A stretch of 61,700 bases of DNA, the filler included. It is 7 parts of 7 records of this genome, joined end to end, with 100 filler letters (N's around TTAATTAATTAA, not from the genome) between each part and the next. Parts side by side here need not be neighbours in the genome. Positions count along the whole stretch, not along the records: positions 39,459 to 61,700 come from SRR20825010_5600; 6 more parts are not named here. The stretch is one strand, 5' to 3'. The position numbers were made by a program, and so were the translations under genes. This document shows positions 49,554 through 61,670 of the stretch, piece by piece. Under the pieces are notes generated by a model. It searched no databases. It worked only from the letters and a program-made list of their open reading frames with translations, and had not been told where the DNA came from. Each line of letters opens with the position of its first letter. Positions within the stretch are counted from its first letter, which is position 1.

Positions 49554-49620
49554 GCAGTTGCCTCCGGACTGCGTATAATCCCAACCCTGAAATTTTTCTG
49601 AACCTGAATGGAGATAGATC

Positions 49621-50049
49621 ATGTCAAATGAGCGCACGCTCTCGATTATCAAGCCCGATGCAGTCGCAAAAAATGTGATCGGCGAAATCTACACACGCTT
49701 CGAAAAAGCGGACCTGACCATCGTCGCTGCGAAAATGATGCACCTGACCCAGGAGCAGGCAGAAGGGTTCTACGCCGAGCACAAGGAGCGCCCGTTTTTC
49801 AATGATCTGGTTGCGTTCATGACCTCCGGCCCTGTGGTTGTTCAGGTTCTGGAAGGCAATGGTGCTATCCTGAAGAATCGTGACCTGATGGGAGCAACCA
49901 ACCCCAAGGAAGCGGAAGCAGGCACCATTCGTGCCGACTTTGCATCTTCAATTGACGCAAACGCTGTTCATGGTTCAGATTCCGCCGCGTCAGCTGAGCG
50001 CGAAATTGCGTATTTCTTTAATGATAGTGAGATCTGCCCGCGCGGCTGA
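49621..50049 (+). CDS. ndk: Nucleoside diphosphate kinase
   Basis: [15 protein letters not shown]. Confidence 0.98.
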   Translation: MSNERTLSIIKPDAVAKNVIGEIYTRFEKADLTIVAAKMMHLTQEQAEGFYAEHKERPFFNDLVAFMTSGPVVVQVLEGNGAILKNRDLMGATNPKEAEAGTIRADFASSIDANAVHGSDSAASAEREIAYFFNDSEICPRG

Positions 50050-50060
50050 TCAGGCTGTAT

Positions 50061-50084
50061 CGGGCCGGACATACGTCCGGCCCG
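50061..50084. other. Intercistronic stem-loop between ndk and rlmN
   Basis: Perfect 10-bp stem CGGGCCGGAC-ATAC-GTCCGGCCCG with a poor U-tract. Confidence 0.55.
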
Positions 50085-50111
50085 TATTGGTTATTTGATT
50101 GAGGTTATGAA

Positions 50112-51224
50112 ATGACAGCTGTTGCTGAGAAAACCAACCTTCTGGGAATGCCCAAGGCCAAAATGGAGGCCTTTTTTGAATCCCTGGGGGAGAAACGTTT
50201 CCGCGCAACACAGGTGCTGCAATGGATTCACCAGCGCGGGGCCGATGACTTCGATCAAATGACCAATATGAGTCGGGTGCTGCGGGAAAAGCTGAAGGCC
50301 GTTGCGGAAATTCGTGGGCCGGAGGTGGTGTACGACGAGTCCTCCAAAGACGGTACTCGCAAATGGGTCATGCGCATGGACAACGGCAACAGTGTTGAAA
50401 CCGTGCTCATACCTGACGGCGAGCGCGGCACGCTGTGCGTATCGTCGCAGATTGGCTGCAGCCTCGATTGCACGTTTTGTTCGACGGGCAAGCGTGGATT
50501 TAACCGCAATCTTACCGCTGCCGAAATCATCGGGCAGGTCTGGGTTGCGCGTAAGGCGTTCATGCCATTTGAACCCGGCCCGGACCGCCCGATTACCAAT
50601 GTGGTAATGATGGGGATGGGTGAGCCGTTGCTGAACTTCGACAACGTTGTCGATGCCATGAACCTGATGATGGAGGACCTGGCGTACGGCATTTCCAAGC
50701 GACGTGTCACCGTCAGCACCTCTGGGGTGGTTCCGGCACTGGACAAATTGGGTGAAGTTACCGATGTTTCACTGGCCATTTCGCTCCATGCGCCCAATGA
50801 TGAGTTGCGTAACCAGTTGGTGCCGTTGAATAAAAAGTACCCTATTGCGGAGTTGCTGGCAGCGACGCGTCGTTATCTTGCACGTCTGCCTGACAAGCGG
50901 AAGGCAACCATTGAGTACACGGTCATCGAAGGCGTTAATGATCAGCCTGAGCACGCCAGGGAACTCGCTGTTGTTCTTCGCGGCCTGCCGTGCAAGATTA
51001 ACCTGATTCCGTTCAATCCGTTTCCCGAGAGCGATTTTCGCCGTCCCAGTAACAACGCGACCCGCCGTTTCCAGGCAGTCCTGAACGAGGCCGGCTTTAT
51101 CGCCACGGTGAGAACCACTCGGGGTGATGATATCGATGCAGCCTGTGGTCAGCTGGTAGGGATGGTGGAAGACCGCACCAAGCGTAGTCAGCGTTATATC
51201 CAGGTGCAGCAGGTCAGTCCGTAA
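50112..51224 (+). CDS. rlmN: Dual-specificity RNA methyltransferase RlmN
   Basis: [30 protein letters not shown]. Confidence 0.98.
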   Translation: MTAVAEKTNLLGMPKAKMEAFFESLGEKRFRATQVLQWIHQRGADDFDQMTNMSRVLREKLKAVAEIRGPEVVYDESSKDGTRKWVMRMDNGNSVETVLIPDGERGTLCVSSQIGCSLDCTFCSTGKRGFNRNLTAAEIIGQVWVARKAFMPFEPGPDRPITNVVMMGMGEPLLNFDNVVDAMNLMMEDLAYGISKRRVTVSTSGVVPALDKLGEVTDVSLAISLHAPNDELRNQLVPLNKKYPIAELLAATRRYLARLPDKRKATIEYTVIEGVNDQPEHARELAVVLRGLPCKINLIPFNPFPESDFRRPSNNATRRFQAVLNEAGFIATVRTTRGDDIDAACGQLVGMVEDRTKRSQRYIQVQQVSP

Positions 51225-51270
51225 ACCCGGTGCCGATATGCACCTTCCAATTCAAGAGGAATTGCCGACT

Positions 51271-52077
51271 GTGACATTTATTCCAGTGAAAAGGATGCGA
51301 GCTGCGCTTGTCGTGGTATTGCTGGCGATGTTTGTCGCAGGGTGTGTGACCAATACCGATAGCCGGTTTGCCCGCGAGGCAGATCGCGACAAGGCCGTCA
51401 GGAATTATGTCCAGTTGGGTACCGCCTACATCGGCCAGAATAATCTCGAAAGAGCCCGGCATCACCTTGAACGAGCGCTAGAATTGTCTCCCGATGACCC
51501 CGGGGCGCTGGCAGCCATGGGGCTGATCTATAACGCCGAGGGCGAACCGGAACTGGCTGAGCGGTCGTTCCGGGAGTCACTCGATAGTGATCAGGGCTAT
51601 ACCCGCGGGCGTGTTTATTATGGTGCCTTCCTGTACGGTGCGGGCCGATTCGAGGACTCCCGTGAACAGTTTCTGGCCGCGTCCAGGGATACGTCCTACA
51701 ACGACAGGGCATCCGTGTTTTTCAACCTCGGATTGACGGAAGAGAGAATTGGCAACCTTGAGGGCGCCACGACGGCGTACCGGCGCGCCGTTGAATTATC
51801 CCGTGGTGATGCAAAGTCACTGCTTGCGCTGTCACGGACGTTGGTCGAATCCGGAGAGCTCCAGGCCGCCTCTCGTCACTACGGCCGCCTGATGACGTTG
51901 ATGCAACGGAACCAGAATCTCCGCCATTCTCCTGAAAGTCTTTTTACCGGCATCCGCATTGCCCGGCATCAGGGCGACAGGAACCGGGAATCGAGTCTTG
52001 CGCTCCAACTGAAGAACAATTTTCCAAACTCTGTCGAATACCAACAATACAGGGTGATGACATCCAATGGACAGTGA
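51271..52077 (+). CDS. pilW: Type IV pilus biogenesis/stability lipoprotein PilW (PilF)
   Basis: Lipobox VAGC, TPR repeats, rlmN-pilW-rodZ synteny; start approximate. Confidence 0.88.
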   Translation: MTFIPVKRMRAALVVVLLAMFVAGCVTNTDSRFAREADRDKAVRNYVQLGTAYIGQNNLERARHHLERALELSPDDPGALAAMGLIYNAEGEPELAERSFRESLDSDQGYTRGRVYYGAFLYGAGRFEDSREQFLAASRDTSYNDRASVFFNLGLTEERIGNLEGATTAYRRAVELSRGDAKSLLALSRTLVESGELQAASRHYGRLMTLMQRNQNLRHSPESLFTGIRIARHQGDRNRESSLALQLKNNFPNSVEYQQYRVMTSNGQ

Positions 52078-53125
52078 TGACGCACAACAACCGTCGGGCC
52101 TGAGTGAGCCTACGGGCCAGTTGCTCAAACGTGCGCGTGAGCAGAAGGGGCTCAGTGTTTCCGCCGTGGCCGATGCCCAGCATCTTCGCCCGGCGATAAT
52201 ACAGGCGATAGAGGACGGGCATTATGAACAGATCGACAGTGAACTGTTCCTTAAAGGCTATGTCAGAACCTACGCACGACAGGTTGACCTTGATCCGGAT
52301 GCGGTGATCGCGACGCTGGATGAGGAGCTCGAACCGCTACGACAGCAAAAAGTGCAGGCAGAAGAAGCGAATCCGCTGATTGATATCGAGCGTCGCAGGC
52401 GTCGCAAGCGCCGCGTTGCAAAGTTTCTGCTTCTCCTGCTGGCCATAGCAGTAATTGCCTTTCTCGCATTGCGCTTTATGGGCGAATTGGACGGTATAAC
52501 AGGCGACACGACGGAACCGGCTGTGTCCTCGGAAACGGCTGCTCCCGCGCAGCCTGAACCGTCCGAAGAGACGGTGTCGGTGGACGACACTGTCGATACC
52601 GAGTTAGCCGAGCCTGGAACCGAGGAAGAGGCCGATAGGCTATCCGCGCCGGTTGATGAAGCGTCGATCGTTGAGGACAATAGCGAGTTGGCAGAGCTGC
52701 CTGAGGACCCTCAGGTGAATGAGCAGGTCTCTGGCTCTCCGGCCCCGACGGTTGAAGACGATTCCGCTCCGGCTGCGCAACCTGCTGTCGATGAGATTGA
52801 TGAGAGCCAGGTTCCGGTGGTGACCAGTGAGCCGGAGCCAGCGTTTCAGGAGAGCGCCCAGCCAACGGCTGCCGTCGGCAGCGCTCGCCTGGAAATGACA
52901 TTCAGCGATGAGTGCTGGGTTCAGGTAACCGATTCGGCGGGCAATCGCCTGGTGGGATCCCTGCAACGGGATGGTGACAGGATTAATGTATCAGGCAGGC
53001 TGCCCATCGACGTTGTTGTCGGCGCAGTCGATGCCATCGAATCTATAAGATTTGATGGCCAACCGATTGACCTTTCCGGTTATCGGGTCGTCAACAACCG
53101 AGCAGAATTCTCGCTGGATATCTGA
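52067..53125 (+). CDS. rodZ: Cytoskeleton protein RodZ
   Basis: HTH ([17 protein letters not shown]), basic stretch plus TM, acidic linker, DECWVQV domain. Confidence 0.9.
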   Translation: MDSDDAQQPSGLSEPTGQLLKRAREQKGLSVSAVADAQHLRPAIIQAIEDGHYEQIDSELFLKGYVRTYARQVDLDPDAVIATLDEELEPLRQQKVQAEEANPLIDIERRRRRKRRVAKFLLLLLAIAVIAFLALRFMGELDGITGDTTEPAVSSETAAPAQPEPSEETVSVDDTVDTELAEPGTEEEADRLSAPVDEASIVEDNSELAELPEDPQVNEQVSGSPAPTVEDDSAPAAQPAVDEIDESQVPVVTSEPEPAFQESAQPTAAVGSARLEMTFSDECWVQVTDSAGNRLVGSLQRDGDRINVSGRLPIDVVVGAVDAIESIRFDGQPIDLSGYRVVNNRAEFSLDI

Positions 53126-53160
53126 ACGTTTCGAACCCTCTTTTGCGGTTAGCAGGCTAT

Positions 53161-54279
53161 ATGAATCACGAATCTCCGATCAAAAGACGCAAATCACGCC
53201 AGATAATGGTAGGCGATGTTCCCGTGGGTGGCGATGCGCCTATTGCTGTCCAGAGCATGACCAACACCAACACCTGTGACGTGGATGCAACCGTTGGCCA
53301 GATCCGCGCCCTGCAGGAGGCTGGAGCGGACATTGTGCGGGTATCCGTGCCTACAATGGATGCTGCGGAAGCGTTCGGCAAGATTCGCTCAATGGTGTCG
53401 GTACCATTGGTGGCTGACATCCATTTCGATCACCGAATTGCTCTGCGGGTGGCGGAACTGGGTGTTGATTGTCTTCGTATCAACCCGGGTAATATCGGTC
53501 GGGATGACCGTGTCAGCGCCGTGATCAGCGCCGCGCGGGATGGCAATATCCCGATTCGTATTGGCGTCAACGCAGGCTCGCTGGAAAAGGCACTGCAGCG
53601 TAAGTACGGGGAACCGACACCCGAGGCTCTGGTTGAGTCGGCCATGCGCCATATCGACATTCTCGACCGTCATGATTTTCAGGACTTCAAGGTGAGCCTG
53701 AAGGCCTCAGAGGTCTTCATGACGGTGGCGGCATATCGTCAGATTGCTGCACAGATAGAACAACCCCTGCATTTGGGCATTACCGAGGCCGGTGGCCTTC
53801 GCTCCGGGACAGTGAAGTCCTCTGTTGGCCTGGGCATGCTGCTGATGGACGGCATTGGGGATACCATCAGAGTATCGCTCGCGGCAGACCCGGTGCAGGA
53901 AATCAAGGTCGGCTACGATATTCTCAAAAGCTTGCGCCTGCGCAGCCGGGGTATCAACTTCGTCGCGTGCCCAAGCTGCTCACGCCAGAATTTCGATGTC
54001 ATCCAGACCATGAATGACCTTGAGGCTCGTCTGGAGGACGTCAACGAGTCCCTGGATGTTGCCATCATTGGCTGTATTGTAAACGGGCCGGGCGAGGCCA
54101 AGGTTGCTGACCTGGGCTTGACCGGCGGCAGCCCCAAGAACCTGTTCTACGCGTCGGGCAAGCCTAATCAGAAGCTCGACAATGCCAACCTGACCGACGA
54201 CCTGGAACGGCTGATCCGTGAGGAAGTGGCGCGTCGCAAGGAAAAGGAAGAAGCGATCATTACCCGCTCGGCCGACTGA
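53161..54279 (+). CDS. ispG: (E)-4-hydroxy-3-methylbut-2-enyl-diphosphate synthase
   Basis: [30 protein letters not shown]. Confidence 0.98.
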   Translation: MNHESPIKRRKSRQIMVGDVPVGGDAPIAVQSMTNTNTCDVDATVGQIRALQEAGADIVRVSVPTMDAAEAFGKIRSMVSVPLVADIHFDHRIALRVAELGVDCLRINPGNIGRDDRVSAVISAARDGNIPIRIGVNAGSLEKALQRKYGEPTPEALVESAMRHIDILDRHDFQDFKVSLKASEVFMTVAAYRQIAAQIEQPLHLGITEAGGLRSGTVKSSVGLGMLLMDGIGDTIRVSLAADPVQEIKVGYDILKSLRLRSRGINFVACPSCSRQNFDVIQTMNDLEARLEDVNESLDVAIIGCIVNGPGEAKVADLGLTGGSPKNLFYASGKPNQKLDNANLTDDLERLIREEVARRKEKEEAIITRSAD

Positions 54280-54319
54280 GAGCAGATCGTCAAATCACCG
54301 ACACAGATAAGGTAGTAAC

Positions 54320-55600
54320 TTGGCTAAGATCCAGGCAATCCGCGGGATGAACGATATCCTGCCAGAGCAGACGCCGGTGTGGCAGTTTGTGGAAGACACG
54401 GTCAGGAAAGTGCTTTCCCAGTACGGTTATCAGGAAATTCGCATGCCGGTGGTTGAGCAGACTGACCTGTTCAAGCGCTCTATTGGCGAAGTGACAGATA
54501 TCGTTGAGAAAGAGATGTACACCTTTGAGGATCGCAACGGTGACAGCCTGACCCTGCGCCCCGAAGGTACGGCCGGCTGCGTGCGTGCCGCCGAAGAACA
54601 CGGTCTGCTTTTTAATCAGACCCGCCGGCTTTGGTACACCGGCCCCATGTTTCGTCATGAGCGCCCCCAAAAAGGCCGTTACCGTCAGTTCCACCAGATC
54701 GGCGTGGAATGTTTTGGCATGACCGGCCCGGATATTGATGCTGAGCTCCTCGTGTTGACGGCCAGGCTCTGGCGCGCGCTAGGACTGAGTGAACACACCC
54801 GCCTGGAAATCAATTCCATAGGTACGTCTGCTGCCCGTCGGGAATACCGCGAGGCGCTGGTCGCGTACCTCTCGGATTACCGGGAGCAGTTGGACGAAGA
54901 CAGCCAACGGCGTCTTGGCTCGAACCCGCTACGCATTCTGGACAGCAAGAACCCGGATACCCAGAGACTTCTGGTGGACGCGCCTCGTCTGGATGATTAC
55001 CTCGACGACGAGTCTCGGGATCATTTTCGGCAACTGCGCTCGTTGCTGGACGCGGCTGGCATTGAGTATACGGTGAATCCAAAGCTGGTTCGCGGGCTCG
55101 ACTATTATGGCAAAACTGTATTCGAGTGGATTACCGACAGCCTGGGTGCCCAGGGGACGATATGCGCCGGTGGTCGCTATGATGGGCTGGTGGAGCAATT
55201 GGGAGGCAAGCCCACGGTTGCGGTCGGTTTCGCCATGGGGCTCGAACGACTGATCCTGCTGCTGGAAACGCTTAACCTTGTGCCAGACAGTGCCAATGGC
55301 AATGTCGATGTGTATGTTGCGGCTATGGGTGAATCCACCGTGGCACCCGCGTTGGCGCTGGGTGAATCCCTTCGCAACGCTTTGCCGGGCGTAACGGTTA
55401 TGGGGCACTGTGGCGGCGGCAGTTTCAAGAGTCAGATGAAAAAGGCTGATCGCAGTGGCGCCCGTTACGCGGTCATTCTGGGTGAGAATGAGGTTGCCAA
55501 CGGGACGGTCGGCCTTAAGCCGTTACGGTCAGACGAGGGGCAACTAGACGTTGCTCAGGGTGATCTGGCCGCGACGCTTGAAGAATTGCTTGGCCGCTGA
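54320..55600 (+). CDS. hisS: Histidine--tRNA ligase
   Basis: [34 protein letters not shown]. Confidence 0.98.
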   Translation: MAKIQAIRGMNDILPEQTPVWQFVEDTVRKVLSQYGYQEIRMPVVEQTDLFKRSIGEVTDIVEKEMYTFEDRNGDSLTLRPEGTAGCVRAAEEHGLLFNQTRRLWYTGPMFRHERPQKGRYRQFHQIGVECFGMTGPDIDAELLVLTARLWRALGLSEHTRLEINSIGTSAARREYREALVAYLSDYREQLDEDSQRRLGSNPLRILDSKNPDTQRLLVDAPRLDDYLDDESRDHFRQLRSLLDAAGIEYTVNPKLVRGLDYYGKTVFEWITDSLGAQGTICAGGRYDGLVEQLGGKPTVAVGFAMGLERLILLLETLNLVPDSANGNVDVYVAAMGESTVAPALALGESLRNALPGVTVMGHCGGGSFKSQMKKADRSGARYAVILGENEVANGTVGLKPLRSDEGQLDVAQGDLAATLEELLGR

Positions 55601-55650
55601 TGGCGCGCCGACGAGTTACAGCATAATAATCATCTATTGCAGGAGTCATC

Positions 55651-56307
55651 ATGGCTGAAATGCGTACTGAGGAAGAAACGGTCCAGGCAATCAAGGACTG
55701 GTGGAAGAAGAATGGCAGCTCGCTCCTGATTGGCGTCGGTGCGGCGCTGGCGATTGTTTTCGGGTGGCAGGCCTGGCAGAACCATCAAATGCAGCAGCGT
55801 ACGGAAGCGGCTTCCCAGTTTGCCGAGCTGATCAATGCCTATAGCGATGAGACAGATGAAAATCGCGCAGATACCGTTGCCTACGTGGCCGAGAACCTGC
55901 GAGAAGAATACAGCGACAGCGCCTTCGCTGTTTATGGCATGTTGATGCTTGCTCGCCAACAGGTTATGGACCAGGGCGATCCGGAAGGGGCGATCGAGTC
56001 CCTGACCTGGGCGCAGGAAAAAGCCGGCGAAAGCGGAGCGTTGGCAATGGTTATTCGCAACCGCCTGGCCCGCGCCCAGTTCGCGGCGGAGCAGTACGAA
56101 GAGGCTTTGGCAACCATTGAGGGTACGGACAATACCGGCAGTTTCGGCGCTATTTTTACCGAGCTTAAAGGCGATATCCTGCTAGCCCAGGGTAATCGTG
56201 AGGGGGCTCGTGAAGCGTATCTGGCGGCCCGTGAAATGAACCAGCAGGGTCGTAGCGGCATTCTTGAGCTCAAGCTATCCGACCTTGGTGTTGAGGAGGG
56301 AGCCTGA
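55651..56307 (+). CDS. yfgM: YfgM family ancillary SecYEG translocon subunit (TPR_21)
   Basis: TEEE.V..IKDWWKKNG plus TM; ELKGDILL; hisS-yfgM-bamB synteny. Confidence 0.9.
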   Translation: MAEMRTEEETVQAIKDWWKKNGSSLLIGVGAALAIVFGWQAWQNHQMQQRTEAASQFAELINAYSDETDENRADTVAYVAENLREEYSDSAFAVYGMLMLARQQVMDQGDPEGAIESLTWAQEKAGESGALAMVIRNRLARAQFAAEQYEEALATIEGTDNTGSFGAIFTELKGDILLAQGNREGAREAYLAAREMNQQGRSGILELKLSDLGVEEGA

Positions 56308-57479
56308 TGCCCTGGTTGGTTAACGGGCATACCAGACTCTTTTCGCTTGCGGGTATGCTGACACTGGCTGTCCTTGCAGGATGTAGTACCAGCGACACCT
56401 TTGAGCAACCTGCACCGGTTCCGGAGATTTCATCCAGTGTCGGGCTTGAGCCTGTCTGGAGTATGGGTGTTGGGGACGGGCATGATGACAACTTCCTGTA
56501 CCTCGCCCCTCTGAACACCGGAGACCGTTTGTATGCGGCATCAGCCGATGGCGAGGTTTATGCCGTCGGCTCCGAAAACGGCGAGGTATTCTGGTTCCGG
56601 GATCTTGACGAGGAAATCAGTGCCGGCGTTGGTGGCGATCAGGGAAACCTGTACCTGGTCACCCGTGATGCTGAGCTGATGGCCCTGTCGCGCGAAGATG
56701 GTTCTGCGCTTTGGCGGCAGCCATTGCCCAACGAAGTGTTGGCATCCCCCCAGTCCAACGGGCGCCTGGTGGTGACACAGACCATTGATGGCAAGGTGCT
56801 GGCGTTTGATACCGCCTCCGGGGAGCAGGCATGGCAATACGACAGTGATGTCCCGGTCCTGTCAATACGTGCAGCGGCGTCGCCGCTTGTCGGGGCAGAC
56901 CTTGTGCTGGCTTCACTGGCCAACGGCAAGCTCATGGCGATCTCCACTGAGACCGGCCAGCCCGTTTGGCAGTATGAAGTCGGCCAGCCGCAGGGCCGTA
57001 CCGAGCTTGAACGGCTTGTTGATGTGGCCGGTGAGCCGCTGATTCTAGAGAGCGCAGCGATGATTGTGGGCTATCAGGGCAAGCTTGCGCTGGTTGACCT
57101 GCAAACCGGACAGGAAATCTGGAGTCGTCCCGCCTCCAGCCTGCAGTCACCAATGATCGGCAACGGTAATATTTTTGTCGCGGGTGCCAACGGCGATATC
57201 ACGGCCTACCGCGGTTCCGACCGTCGCGAGCTGTGGGTTCAGGACCGGTTATCCTGGCGGCAGCCAACGCAGCCGGTTGTCTATGAGGATTACCTGTTGA
57301 TAGGTGATTTCGAGGGCTACATTCATATGTTGTCGTTGGAAGACGGCAGCCTGGTGGGTCAGCTTGAATTTGACGACGAGGGCCTGCGGGTGCCTTTCCA
57401 GCGCCTGCAGAACGGTAACCTTCTTGTGTATGGCAATAGCGGTAAACTGTCGGTATTGAAACTCCGGACGCTCGACTGA
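56307..57479 (+). CDS. bamB: Outer membrane protein assembly factor BamB
   Basis: Lipobox LAGC, PQQ-like propeller repeats, GRTELERLVDV. Confidence 0.94.
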   Translation: MPWLVNGHTRLFSLAGMLTLAVLAGCSTSDTFEQPAPVPEISSSVGLEPVWSMGVGDGHDDNFLYLAPLNTGDRLYAASADGEVYAVGSENGEVFWFRDLDEEISAGVGGDQGNLYLVTRDAELMALSREDGSALWRQPLPNEVLASPQSNGRLVVTQTIDGKVLAFDTASGEQAWQYDSDVPVLSIRAAASPLVGADLVLASLANGKLMAISTETGQPVWQYEVGQPQGRTELERLVDVAGEPLILESAAMIVGYQGKLALVDLQTGQEIWSRPASSLQSPMIGNGNIFVAGANGDITAYRGSDRRELWVQDRLSWRQPTQPVVYEDYLLIGDFEGYIHMLSLEDGSLVGQLEFDDEGLRVPFQRLQNGNLLVYGNSGKLSVLKLRTLD

Positions 57480-57541
57480 GTGCTCCTTTCCGGCCCTATC
57501 GCTGTGAAGCGCGGGCCCTGTTTAATGTGTAGCGAAAGACT

Positions 57542-58966
57542 ATGACCCCTGTAATTGCTCTTGTCGGGCGCCCCAACGTGGGCAAATCGACACTGTTTAA
57601 TCAAATGACGCGGTCCCGGGATGCGCTTGTAGCGGATTTCCCCGGCTTAACCCGTGATCGTAAATACGGTGAGGGCAATTACGAAGGGCAGCGCTTTATC
57701 GTGATTGATACCGGTGGCCTGACCGGGGGTGAGGAAGGCCTGGACGCTGAAATGGCCCGCCAGTCCATGCAGGCTGTCGAGGAAGCTGACATTGTCCTGT
57801 TTCTGGTAGATGGCAAGGCCGGCCTCAATGGCGGCGACGAACTGATTGCTGCCCATCTTCGGAAAACCGGCAAGCGGGCGCATCTGGTGGTCAACAAGAC
57901 GGATGGCCAGGACCCCGACATCGCCGCTTCCGATTTCTACGGCCTGGGCTTCGAGTCCACCTATCTGATTGCCGCCTCTCACAACCGGGGCATTCGCTCC
58001 ATGCTGGAAGAGTTGCTGCCGTCCGAGGAAGAGCGTGAAGGACAGGACCGTGCCGATCGTTATCCGGGCATACGCATTGGTATTGTCGGGCGACCGAACG
58101 TGGGCAAGTCAACATTGGTCAACCGCATGCTCGGAGAGGACCGGGTGATCGTCTATGACATGCCCGGCACCACCCGGGATAGCGTTTACATCCCGTTTGA
58201 ACGCATGGATAACCAGTACACACTGATCGATACGGCCGGTGTGCGCCGGCGCAAGAATGTCAGTGAGGTGGTGGAGAAGTTTTCCATCATCAAGACCCTC
58301 CAGGCTATCGACGACGCCCATGTGGTCATCCTGGTTATCGACGCCCGGGAAGGTCTGGTGGACCAGGATCTTCATCTGATTGGCTTTGTTCTGGATGCCG
58401 GCCGTTCCCTGGTGATTGCGGTCAACAAATGGGACGGCATGGACCCGGACGACCGGGCCAAGGTAAAAGAGCAGGTTCAGCGCCGCCTGGACTTTCTTGA
58501 TTATGCTGACAAGCACTACATATCTGCCCTTCACGGCTCCGGTGTGGGCGTCATGTACGATTCGGTTCACGCCTGCTATGAGTCAGCGATGGCCAAGTGG
58601 CCGACCAATCGCCTGACGGCCATCCTCCAGGATGCTACCGCCCAACATCAGCCGCCGCTTGTGCAGGGGCGTCGAATAAAGCTGCGGTACGCCCACCAGG
58701 GTGGGTCCAACCCTCCAGTGATTGTGGTGCATGGAAATCAGACTGACGCGTTGCCAGGGGCTTACAAACGCTATCTGGAGAATACCTTCCGTAAAGTGCT
58801 GAAGGTCAATGGTTCTCCCATTCGCTTCGAGTTCCGTTCCAGTGAAAACCCGTTCGCTAATAAGGTTAGCCGGCTTACGCCGCGTCAGAAGGTCAAACAG
58901 GACAATGACCTGAAGAAAGGGCGGCCGGTACGGAAGAAAGCGCGAATGAAGAGCAAGAAACGCTGA
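57542..58966 (+). CDS. der: Ribosome biogenesis GTPase Der
   Basis: Two GRPNVGKST domains, DTGG/DTAG, NKTD/NKWD. Confidence 0.98.
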   Translation: MTPVIALVGRPNVGKSTLFNQMTRSRDALVADFPGLTRDRKYGEGNYEGQRFIVIDTGGLTGGEEGLDAEMARQSMQAVEEADIVLFLVDGKAGLNGGDELIAAHLRKTGKRAHLVVNKTDGQDPDIAASDFYGLGFESTYLIAASHNRGIRSMLEELLPSEEEREGQDRADRYPGIRIGIVGRPNVGKSTLVNRMLGEDRVIVYDMPGTTRDSVYIPFERMDNQYTLIDTAGVRRRKNVSEVVEKFSIIKTLQAIDDAHVVILVIDAREGLVDQDLHLIGFVLDAGRSLVIAVNKWDGMDPDDRAKVKEQVQRRLDFLDYADKHYISALHGSGVGVMYDSVHACYESAMAKWPTNRLTAILQDATAQHQPPLVQGRRIKLRYAHQGGSNPPVIVVHGNQTDALPGAYKRYLENTFRKVLKVNGSPIRFEFRSSENPFANKVSRLTPRQKVKQDNDLKKGRPVRKKARMKSKKR

Positions 58967-59009
58967 AACGATCCGACCGTCGGGGCAGCGCCAGGCAGTC
59001 GGTGCTGCA

Positions 59010-61424
59010 TCAAAGGGCGCGATGGTTGGTCTTTAGCCACTCCTGAAACTCGTTTTCGGGCATCGGCCTGCTGTAGAAATAGCCTTGTGAATAGTCACAG
59101 CCTTCCTGTTGCAGGAAGTGTGTCTGGGCTTCTTCTTCCACGCCTTCTGCAATTACACTCAAGCCAAGACTGTGGGCCATGTTGATAATGGCCTTCACCA
59201 GCGAGGCGTCCTCCCGCTCCTTCATCACGTCCTGAACAAAGGATTTGTCGATTTTCAGAGTATCGAAAGGGTAGCTCTTGAGGTAGCTGAGCGCCGAATA
59301 GCCGGTACCGAAGTCATCAACTGACAGGCGAATGCCGGATTGATCGAGCTGCCGCAGGATATCGGCGGTTTCTATGGTGTTATCAAGGATCAGTCGCTCA
59401 GTGATTTCCAGTTCCAGTTGCTGGGGGGGCAAACCGCTGGCTTTGAGAGCATTCATGACGGTGTCGACAAAGCCCGGATCCCTGAATTGCCTGGGAGATA
59501 CGTTGACTGAAATACCGATGTCCGTACCAGTGGACTCTTTCCAGCGTATGGCCGCCAGGCAGGCTTCCCGTAACACCCATTCACCAATCGGCGTTATCAG
59601 GCCGGTTTCTTCCGCCAGGGGTATAAACCGGTCGGGCATGACCATACCCATACCGGGGTTATTCCAGCGCAGCAGGGCTTCGGCAGAGCACAGTTGTCCG
59701 GACTCAGTGCGAACAATGGGCTGGTAGTAGAGCTCAAACTCTTTTTGCTCCAGGGCCCGGCGCATCAGCGATTCCATCTGCAGCCGTTCATGGGAGACTT
59801 CCGTCATTTCCGGAGCAAAGAGAGCATAGGCACTTTTACCCTTGTGTTTGGCCTGGTACATGGCGGCATCGGCGTGTTGAAGCAGGGTGCCGCTGTTATC
59901 GGAGTCGTTCGGGAAAACGGAGATACCGATACTGGTGGTTACGAACACTTCCTGGCCATTCAGCAGGTAAGGAGGGGCAAAGGTCTTGAGGATACGCTCT
60001 GCCACCTGTGACGTCGCCTCGGGGCCCGTCAGGCCGGGCAATATTACCAGAAACTCATCACCACCAAGCCTGGCGACGGTGCTGGTACCCCGAAGGCAGC
60101 TGGAAATCCGTCGTGCGGCCTCTATCAGGAGGTTGTCGCCGGCGTCGTGCCCAAGGGTATCGTTAATGTGCTTGAAGTTGTCCAGGTCGAGAAACATCAC
60201 GCCAACCAGGGAGCTTTCGCGTCTTGCCTGGGCCAGGGCCAGTTTCAGGCGATCCAGGGCGAGCATCCGGTTGGGAAGCCCGGTCAGGATGTCGTAGTTA
60301 GCCTGTCTGAGCAGTTGTTGCTCGTAGCGCTTGCGAATGCTGATATCTTCGCCAAGAATCAGGTAGCCGGTGGCTTCGCCCTTGGAATTCTTGATGGGGG
60401 TTACGATCAGTTGTTCCCAGAAGCGCTCACCGTTCTTGCGAACGCTGTTGATTTCCCCCTGCCAGACCCCCACGCGTTGGACCTGAAGTCGGATGGATTG
60501 CCACAGTTGGCGGTTTTCTCGATGGGCCTGTGCATCCTCGGATAGCACGCCCGGGTGTTTCCCGGCGATGGTGGCAGCGTCGTAGCCGGTGAGCTGGCTG
60601 AATTTCTGGTTGGCGTATTCGATACGCCACTGGCGATCACAAATCAGCACCGATGACGGGCTTTGCTCAATCGCCTTGGAGAACTTTCGGATTTCCTGGG
60701 CATCGCGCTCCTGTCGCTCGAGGTCATCGTTGAGACGTTCCCGCATCTGGTTGATGGCAACGGTGACCTGGGCCAGTTCGTCATTTCGATTCAGTTGGGT
60801 GTCCGGTCGGTCCAGTTCAAGCGGGTCTGACAGGTTGTTGAGTGAGAAATTGCGGGCGTAGTTGGCCATGGTGGTCAGGTGCCGCGCAATGAAGTGCTGG
60901 AAAATCCAGATGATCAGGATCGAAACGAAAAAGGTCTTCAGGAACTGGGTGGTCAGCACCACTACGACTTTTTGGCGCATGTCCGAGAACACCCGCTTCA
61001 GATCGGCGGTGATGGTCAACTGACCCAAACTGAACATTTCATCACCCTGGTGGGTGAGCTTGAACGTATGGCTGATTGTCTGGGCGTTGCGAGGGATTTC
61101 GCCCATGACCAGTTCGGAATCCGGTTCAATTTTGAGGCGTAGGTGAACGATGTCTGGCAGGCTGAGTATGCCTTCGAGCTGGGTCTGTAGGAGTTTCTGA
61201 TCCAGCGCCCATAGGCTGCGGGCCAGACTGGAGGTATAGCCGGTTTCGACAACCATCATGCGCCTGTCGATCTGCGACAGGTCCTTCCGGTAATCCGAGT
61301 ATATCTGGATAGCTGAAGAGATGAGCGTGAACAACGAGCTGAACAACAGGATGTATGCGAGCAGCCTGAAGGACAGGGGAGACCCGGTTCGAAATCGTTG
61401 CAGGCGAGTCAACAGTTTTTGCAT
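59010..61424 (-). CDS. Membrane sensor with HAMP-PAS-GGDEF-EAL domains (c-di-GMP enzyme)
   Basis: Two TMs, HAMP (DELAQV..INQM), PAS, LGGDEF, EAL, DDFGTGYS, EGVE. Confidence 0.93.
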   Translation of the reverse strand: MQKLLTRLQRFRTGSPLSFRLLAYILLFSSLFTLISSAIQIYSDYRKDLSQIDRRMMVVETGYTSSLARSLWALDQKLLQTQLEGILSLPDIVHLRLKIEPDSELVMGEIPRNAQTISHTFKLTHQGDEMFSLGQLTITADLKRVFSDMRQKVVVVLTTQFLKTFFVSILIIWIFQHFIARHLTTMANYARNFSLNNLSDPLELDRPDTQLNRNDELAQVTVAINQMRERLNDDLERQERDAQEIRKFSKAIEQSPSSVLICDRQWRIEYANQKFSQLTGYDAATIAGKHPGVLSEDAQAHRENRQLWQSIRLQVQRVGVWQGEINSVRKNGERFWEQLIVTPIKNSKGEATGYLILGEDISIRKRYEQQLLRQANYDILTGLPNRMLALDRLKLALAQARRESSLVGVMFLDLDNFKHINDTLGHDAGDNLLIEAARRISSCLRGTSTVARLGGDEFLVILPGLTGPEATSQVAERILKTFAPPYLLNGQEVFVTTSIGISVFPNDSDNSGTLLQHADAAMYQAKHKGKSAYALFAPEMTEVSHERLQMESLMRRALEQKEFELYYQPIVRTESGQLCSAEALLRWNNPGMGMVMPDRFIPLAEETGLITPIGEWVLREACLAAIRWKESTGTDIGISVNVSPRQFRDPGFVDTVMNALKASGLPPQQLELEITERLILDNTIETADILRQLDQSGIRLSVDDFGTGYSALSYLKSYPFDTLKIDKSFVQDVMKEREDASLVKAIINMAHSLGLSVIAEGVEEEAQTHFLQQEGCDYSQGYFYSRPMPENEFQEWLKTNHRAL

Positions 61425-61670
61425 GTCCTATACTTCGGCCACCCTGGCAGGTTTCAATGAGCATGGTCAGACGGTGTTCTCAGGACTATAGCAGCAGTTT
61501 CTTGCAAATGCCTCGCAAATACAGGAAAAATCGGGAGAAATGTGTCACTGTTCAGGATTTGTTAATGTCTTGGGAGCGGGCAGTGTTCGGGGGCGTTGAA
61601 CGCCTGCGCATGCGGGACTGATCAGGTGGGAGTGCAGGGTGGACCTGCAAAGAAAAAGAAGCTGAAAAAA

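Noticed and set aside
52500-52880. Acidic low-complexity stretch in rodZ
   Set aside because: A normal disordered periplasmic linker of RodZ
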